Shown here: one piece after another, positions 15,597-18,840 of the stretch | Position numbering within the stretch: position 1 is the stretch's first letter | How the letters are laid out: the number at the start of each line of letters is the position of its first letter | Assembly: GCA_043822705.1 (NCBI GenBank) | Contig: JBDRBK010000016.1 | Span: 1 to 18,840 of the forward strand | DNA from: Fidelibacterota bacterium | GTDB lineage: Bacteria > Fidelibacterota > Marinisomatia > Marinisomatales > TCS56 | Direction: 5' to 3' | Length of the DNA: 18,840 bases | Notes under the pieces: generated by a model | Told to the model about the DNA's origin: nothing | What the model saw: the letters and a program-made list of their open reading frames with translations, nothing else | Databases searched by the model: none | Made by a program: the position numbers and the translations under genes

Positions 15597-18379
15597 TCCG
15601 CAAATTTTTATTGATCCTGTTGATTCCCTTGAGCCTGCTTGCTCAGAACAAGACTGTCGGCAGCCTGGCCGGGCGGATAATCGACAGCAAGACCGGTGAG
15701 GCGCTGATTGGCGTCAATGTTGTCGTCAAGGGCACCTATTTCGGGGCCGCCTCCGATTTGGACGGCTATTATACTGTTCCCAATATCGAGCCCGGCAGTT
15801 ATGATGTGGAAGCTTCCATTATCGGCTATAAAATCACTCTGCGAACCGGTATCACCGTCAATCCCGGTCAGCGTACCACCCTGGATTTTAATCTGGAGGT
15901 GACCGTCCTGGCGCTGGGTGAAGAAATCGTAGTGCTGGGAAAAAAGCCGCTGTTTGATGTCGACGCGACCTCTTCCACGTCCCTGATCCGTAGTGACGAT
16001 ATCGCCGGCAAGGTCGTCAGCAGCGTAGAGGATATCCTGTCCGAGCAGATCGGCGTGACCACCCAGGACAATGAGATTCACATCCGGGGCGGCCGTGTTG
16101 ATGAAAGTCTGTTTGTGGTAGATGGTTTCTCGATCAAGGATCCACTTTCCGGTTATTCCGGCAACCTGTTCGTCAACGCCGAGGCGATCGAGGAACTGGA
16201 GATCGTCACCGGCGGCTACAACGCCGAATACGGTCAGGCCATGTCGGGTGTCGTCAACATCAAGTTGAAGGGTGGGCGGGATCATTACGAGGGCGCATTC
16301 AAGTACGCCAGCGATAATTTCGGGCTCAATCACGATCAAATCCGTCATTACGCCACCGACCGGATCGAATTCAATCTGGGCGGGCCGTCGCTGATACTGG
16401 AATCACTGCCCCGGCGATTCGGGCTGGACCTGCCCGGCCGTTTCTCGTTTTTCATCAATGGTTACGGCAAAATTTTTGACAGCAACCTGCCGGTCGCCCA
16501 AAAACTGTATCCCCATCGGAACTGGCAACCGCTCCCGGGAATGACCGAAGCCCAAGCCGATAATCTGATGCAAGCACTGGCGCCGCGGGAAAACAACGAC
16601 TGGCACGTTCTGTACAAAATGACCTGGGATTTAGACGCCAAGAAAAAATTAAGTGCCTCGTATGATGTTTCCATGAATATCAACCAGGGCTATTTTATGT
16701 CGCGGGCTTTTTCGTCGACCTACTATCCCTACCGCTATCAGGAGATACTGGACAACTACAACACGATTACCCGCGAATCCCGGCTGTTGAATCTAAGCTG
16801 GGTCCACACGCTGAACACCCAGTCCTTTTATGAGTGGACCCTGGGACGCTTCATCACCATGGAACACAGCGCCGTCCAGGACAAGCACTGGTCCGAATAC
16901 CCGGAACGACTCGATCTGGATCCGATCAATTATGTTTTGCTGGACGAAGAAGGAAATACCAGGATCACCTACGGCAACGAATTCTACGATACCGGTTTTT
17001 CTTCGGAATGGTATGATATTTTCAGCGACAACTGGCGCTTCGACTTCGACTGGACCTACCAGACCAAAAAACGCCATAAAATCAAGACGGGTATCGAGAG
17101 TAGTCTGACCGAAATGCAGGTGCTTGATATCGATGAACCCTGGACCGGCACATCCGGATTCGGCGCCAATTACGACAAGTACCTGGCCCGCACCATGTAC
17201 GGTGCCTTGTATCTGCAGGACCGCATAGTTTTCGAGGGCATGACCGTGAATCTGGGACTGCGCTATGATTACTGGTTCCCCGGCAAGTACGTCGAGGATG
17301 CGGTTTTTGACACCAATGCAGTCATCATAACCGACGTTGCCCGTGAGAAATTCATTGACGAAACTTTTAAATTCATGGGATATCGCGGCAAAGGCCGGAT
17401 CAGCCCCCGCTTTGGTATCTCGCATCCGGTGACCAATAACGATGTTCTGTATTTCTATTACGGCCATTTTTCCCAGCTGCCCACATTCCAATATGTGTAT
17501 GCCAAACTCGACAACAATTCACAGTCTACCTACCAAGTCTTCGGTAATCCCAATCTGAGTCCCAAGACCACCGTGCAGTATGAAATCGGCATCAAGCACC
17601 GCTTCAGCGAGGACCAGGTACTTGAATTGAAAGCTTACTGGAAGGACATGTTCGATTACGAGACATCGCAGACAATCACGCCTTCTAATCCCAAGTACGC
17701 CCATCTCAGCTTCCTGATGTATTTCAACGCCGATTACGCCCGAGCCCGAGGGATCGAATTCATTCTCAAGAGCCGCGTGTTCCGTAACTGGTATGCCGAC
17801 CTCAACTTCAACTATTCGATCGTTACCGGCAAGAGTTCATCACCCCAGGATAACCTGCTGGTGGCGGCTGGTGAAATCAGCGAAAAATCCCTGGGAGAAA
17901 ATTTCATGAGCTGGGACCGGCCGGTTCAGTTCTTCTCCAATCTTTCTTACAACCATCCCAAAAACTGGGGCATTTCCTTCCGGTTCGATTATTCCACCGG
18001 ACGCCGCTATACCGCTTCGATACCGGGTACCAAGGATTATCCCAGCGGTCTGGTTGAGATCGACGGTATTCTGTACTATATCGGCACCACTGACGATGAC
18101 CGGCCCTACTATTCAATCAGCAATGTGGCTGAAAAAACCGTCGATGTCAAAATATTCAAACTACTGGATTTCGGTAAATTCCGGCTGCGAACCTTTATCG
18201 AGATCGAAAACCTTTTCGATCAGCGGGTACCGCGCCGGATCAATTCCTACACCGGTGAAGGTTATGATCCCGGCGAGATATATTCCTATAGTATGCTCGA
18301 TCAACCCAGCCCCAATCTGGATCCGTCGCGGGTACGTCAGCCGCGGGCGGCCACGATTGGCCTGCAGATAATATTCTGA
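15593..18379 (+). CDS. TonB-dependent receptor with an N-terminal carboxypeptidase-regulatory-like domain
   Basis: Signal peptide; GRIIDSKTGEALIGVNVVVKGT..GAASDLDGYY; plug IHIRGGR...FVVDG...IEELEIVTGGYNAEYGQAMSGVVNI; barrel motifs LYLQD, NLGLRYD, ISPRFG, GNPNLSP and YEIG; terminal Phe. ATGA overlap with the lipoprotein gene. Confidence 0.95.
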   Translation: MIRKFLLILLIPLSLLAQNKTVGSLAGRIIDSKTGEALIGVNVVVKGTYFGAASDLDGYYTVPNIEPGSYDVEASIIGYKITLRTGITVNPGQRTTLDFNLEVTVLALGEEIVVLGKKPLFDVDATSSTSLIRSDDIAGKVVSSVEDILSEQIGVTTQDNEIHIRGGRVDESLFVVDGFSIKDPLSGYSGNLFVNAEAIEELEIVTGGYNAEYGQAMSGVVNIKLKGGRDHYEGAFKYASDNFGLNHDQIRHYATDRIEFNLGGPSLILESLPRRFGLDLPGRFSFFINGYGKIFDSNLPVAQKLYPHRNWQPLPGMTEAQADNLMQALAPRENNDWHVLYKMTWDLDAKKKLSASYDVSMNINQGYFMSRAFSSTYYPYRYQEILDNYNTITRESRLLNLSWVHTLNTQSFYEWTLGRFITMEHSAVQDKHWSEYPERLDLDPINYVLLDEEGNTRITYGNEFYDTGFSSEWYDIFSDNWRFDFDWTYQTKKRHKIKTGIESSLTEMQVLDIDEPWTGTSGFGANYDKYLARTMYGALYLQDRIVFEGMTVNLGLRYDYWFPGKYVEDAVFDTNAVIITDVAREKFIDETFKFMGYRGKGRISPRFGISHPVTNNDVLYFYYGHFSQLPTFQYVYAKLDNNSQSTYQVFGNPNLSPKTTVQYEIGIKHRFSEDQVLELKAYWKDMFDYETSQTITPSNPKYAHLSFLMYFNADYARARGIEFILKSRVFRNWYADLNFNYSIVTGKSSSPQDNLLVAAGEISEKSLGENFMSWDRPVQFFSNLSYNHPKNWGISFRFDYSTGRRYTASIPGTKDYPSGLVEIDGILYYIGTTDDDRPYYSISNVAEKTVDVKIFKLLDFGKFRLRTFIEIENLFDQRVPRRINSYTGEGYDPGEIYSYSMLDQPSPNLDPSRVRQPRAATIGLQIIF

Positions 18380-18840
18380 TGAAACGCCTGACAATCATTA
18401 TATCCCTGGCGAGTATTCTGTCGGTTGCGGCGGGACAGAATTTTTTCCCGATTCTCGGCGGTCAGCGGGTCGGCACTTCGATTTTCACTTTCCTGAAAAT
18501 TGGTACCAGCGCCCGGGCGGCCGGTATGAGTGAGGCGGTGGTGGCCCTGAATCAGGATGCGGCCTCACTGTACTACAATCCCGGGGCGGTGGCTCAGTTC
18601 ACGCGACCGGAATTTTCCGCCTCGCGGATTCAGTGGCCGGCTGATGTCAATTATGACTATTTCAGCTATGCCCGGCACATTATCCGCCGCCATTATCTTG
18701 GTTTAAGCGCCGGTATTCTGCACATGCAGCCGATGGAAGAAACCACCGAGTATCTGCCCAACGGCACCGGCAATTATTTCGTCTTCCAGGATCGGTTTAT
18801 CGGTCTGACCTACGGCGCCCGGATGACCGACCGCTTCAGC
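18379..18840 (+). CDS. PorV/PorQ (UPF0164/FadL-like) outer-membrane barrel protein, 5' part only
   Basis: Not in the ORF track. TGATG overlap with the receptor stop. Manual translation gives MKRLTIIISLASILSVAAGQNFFPILGGQRVGTSIFTFLKIGTSARAAGMSEAVVALNQDAASLYYNPGAVA..., matching the FLxIxxxARxxGMxxA...D....YNPA signature. The frame is open to the window end. Confidence 0.88.
   Translation, partial: MKRLTIIISLASILSVAAGQNFFPILGGQRVGTSIFTFLKIGTSARAAGMSEAVVALNQDAASLYYNPGAVAQFTRPEFSASRIQWPADVNYDYFSYARHIIRRHYLGLSAGILHMQPMEETTEYLPNGTGNYFVFQDRFIGLTYGARMTDRFS

Noticed and set aside
15593..18379. Classical SusC/SusD polysaccharide utilisation locus
   Set aside because: The receptor lacks the SusC-type plug signature, is followed by a PorV-like gene rather than susD, and no CAZyme is recognisable in the window.
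1..18840. CRISPR array, tRNA/rRNA genes, IS elements, prophage or defence genes
   Set aside because: Intergenic gaps are short (under about 165 bp), with no spaced direct repeats or cloverleaf seen, and no ORF has transposase, integrase or phage motifs.

Overview
Gene-dense, fairly GC-rich bacterial window with no rRNA, tRNA, CRISPR array or transposase. The gene content (PorV/PorQ-like barrel, T9SS-like C-terminal sorting domains, TonB-dependent receptor without SusD) points to an FCB-superphylum organism, probably outside classical Bacteroidia (e.g. Marinimicrobia/Calditrichota-like; inference). The left half (1-8388) holds metabolic genes: a partial SAM methyltransferase, a DHFR/RibD-C protein, a secreted hypothetical, a YtcJ-like amidohydrolase, a secreted alpha/beta hydrolase, a creatininase-family protein, a single-ORF NifS/selenocysteine-lyase-SelD fusion and a divergent Tat-less reductive-dehalogenase/QueG-family Fe-S protein. 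The right half (8452-18840) is one apparent operon behind a clear sigma70-type promoter: a secreted protein with a variant sorting domain, a 1091-aa secreted protein made of four nuclease-type OB-fold modules with no visible catalytic domain, a surface lipoprotein, a TonB-dependent receptor and a PorV-like protein cut by the window edge. This operon is the best candidate for an undescribed system, a SusD-independent polymer (possibly nucleic acid) capture and uptake locus. The NifS-SelD fusion is the second highlight.
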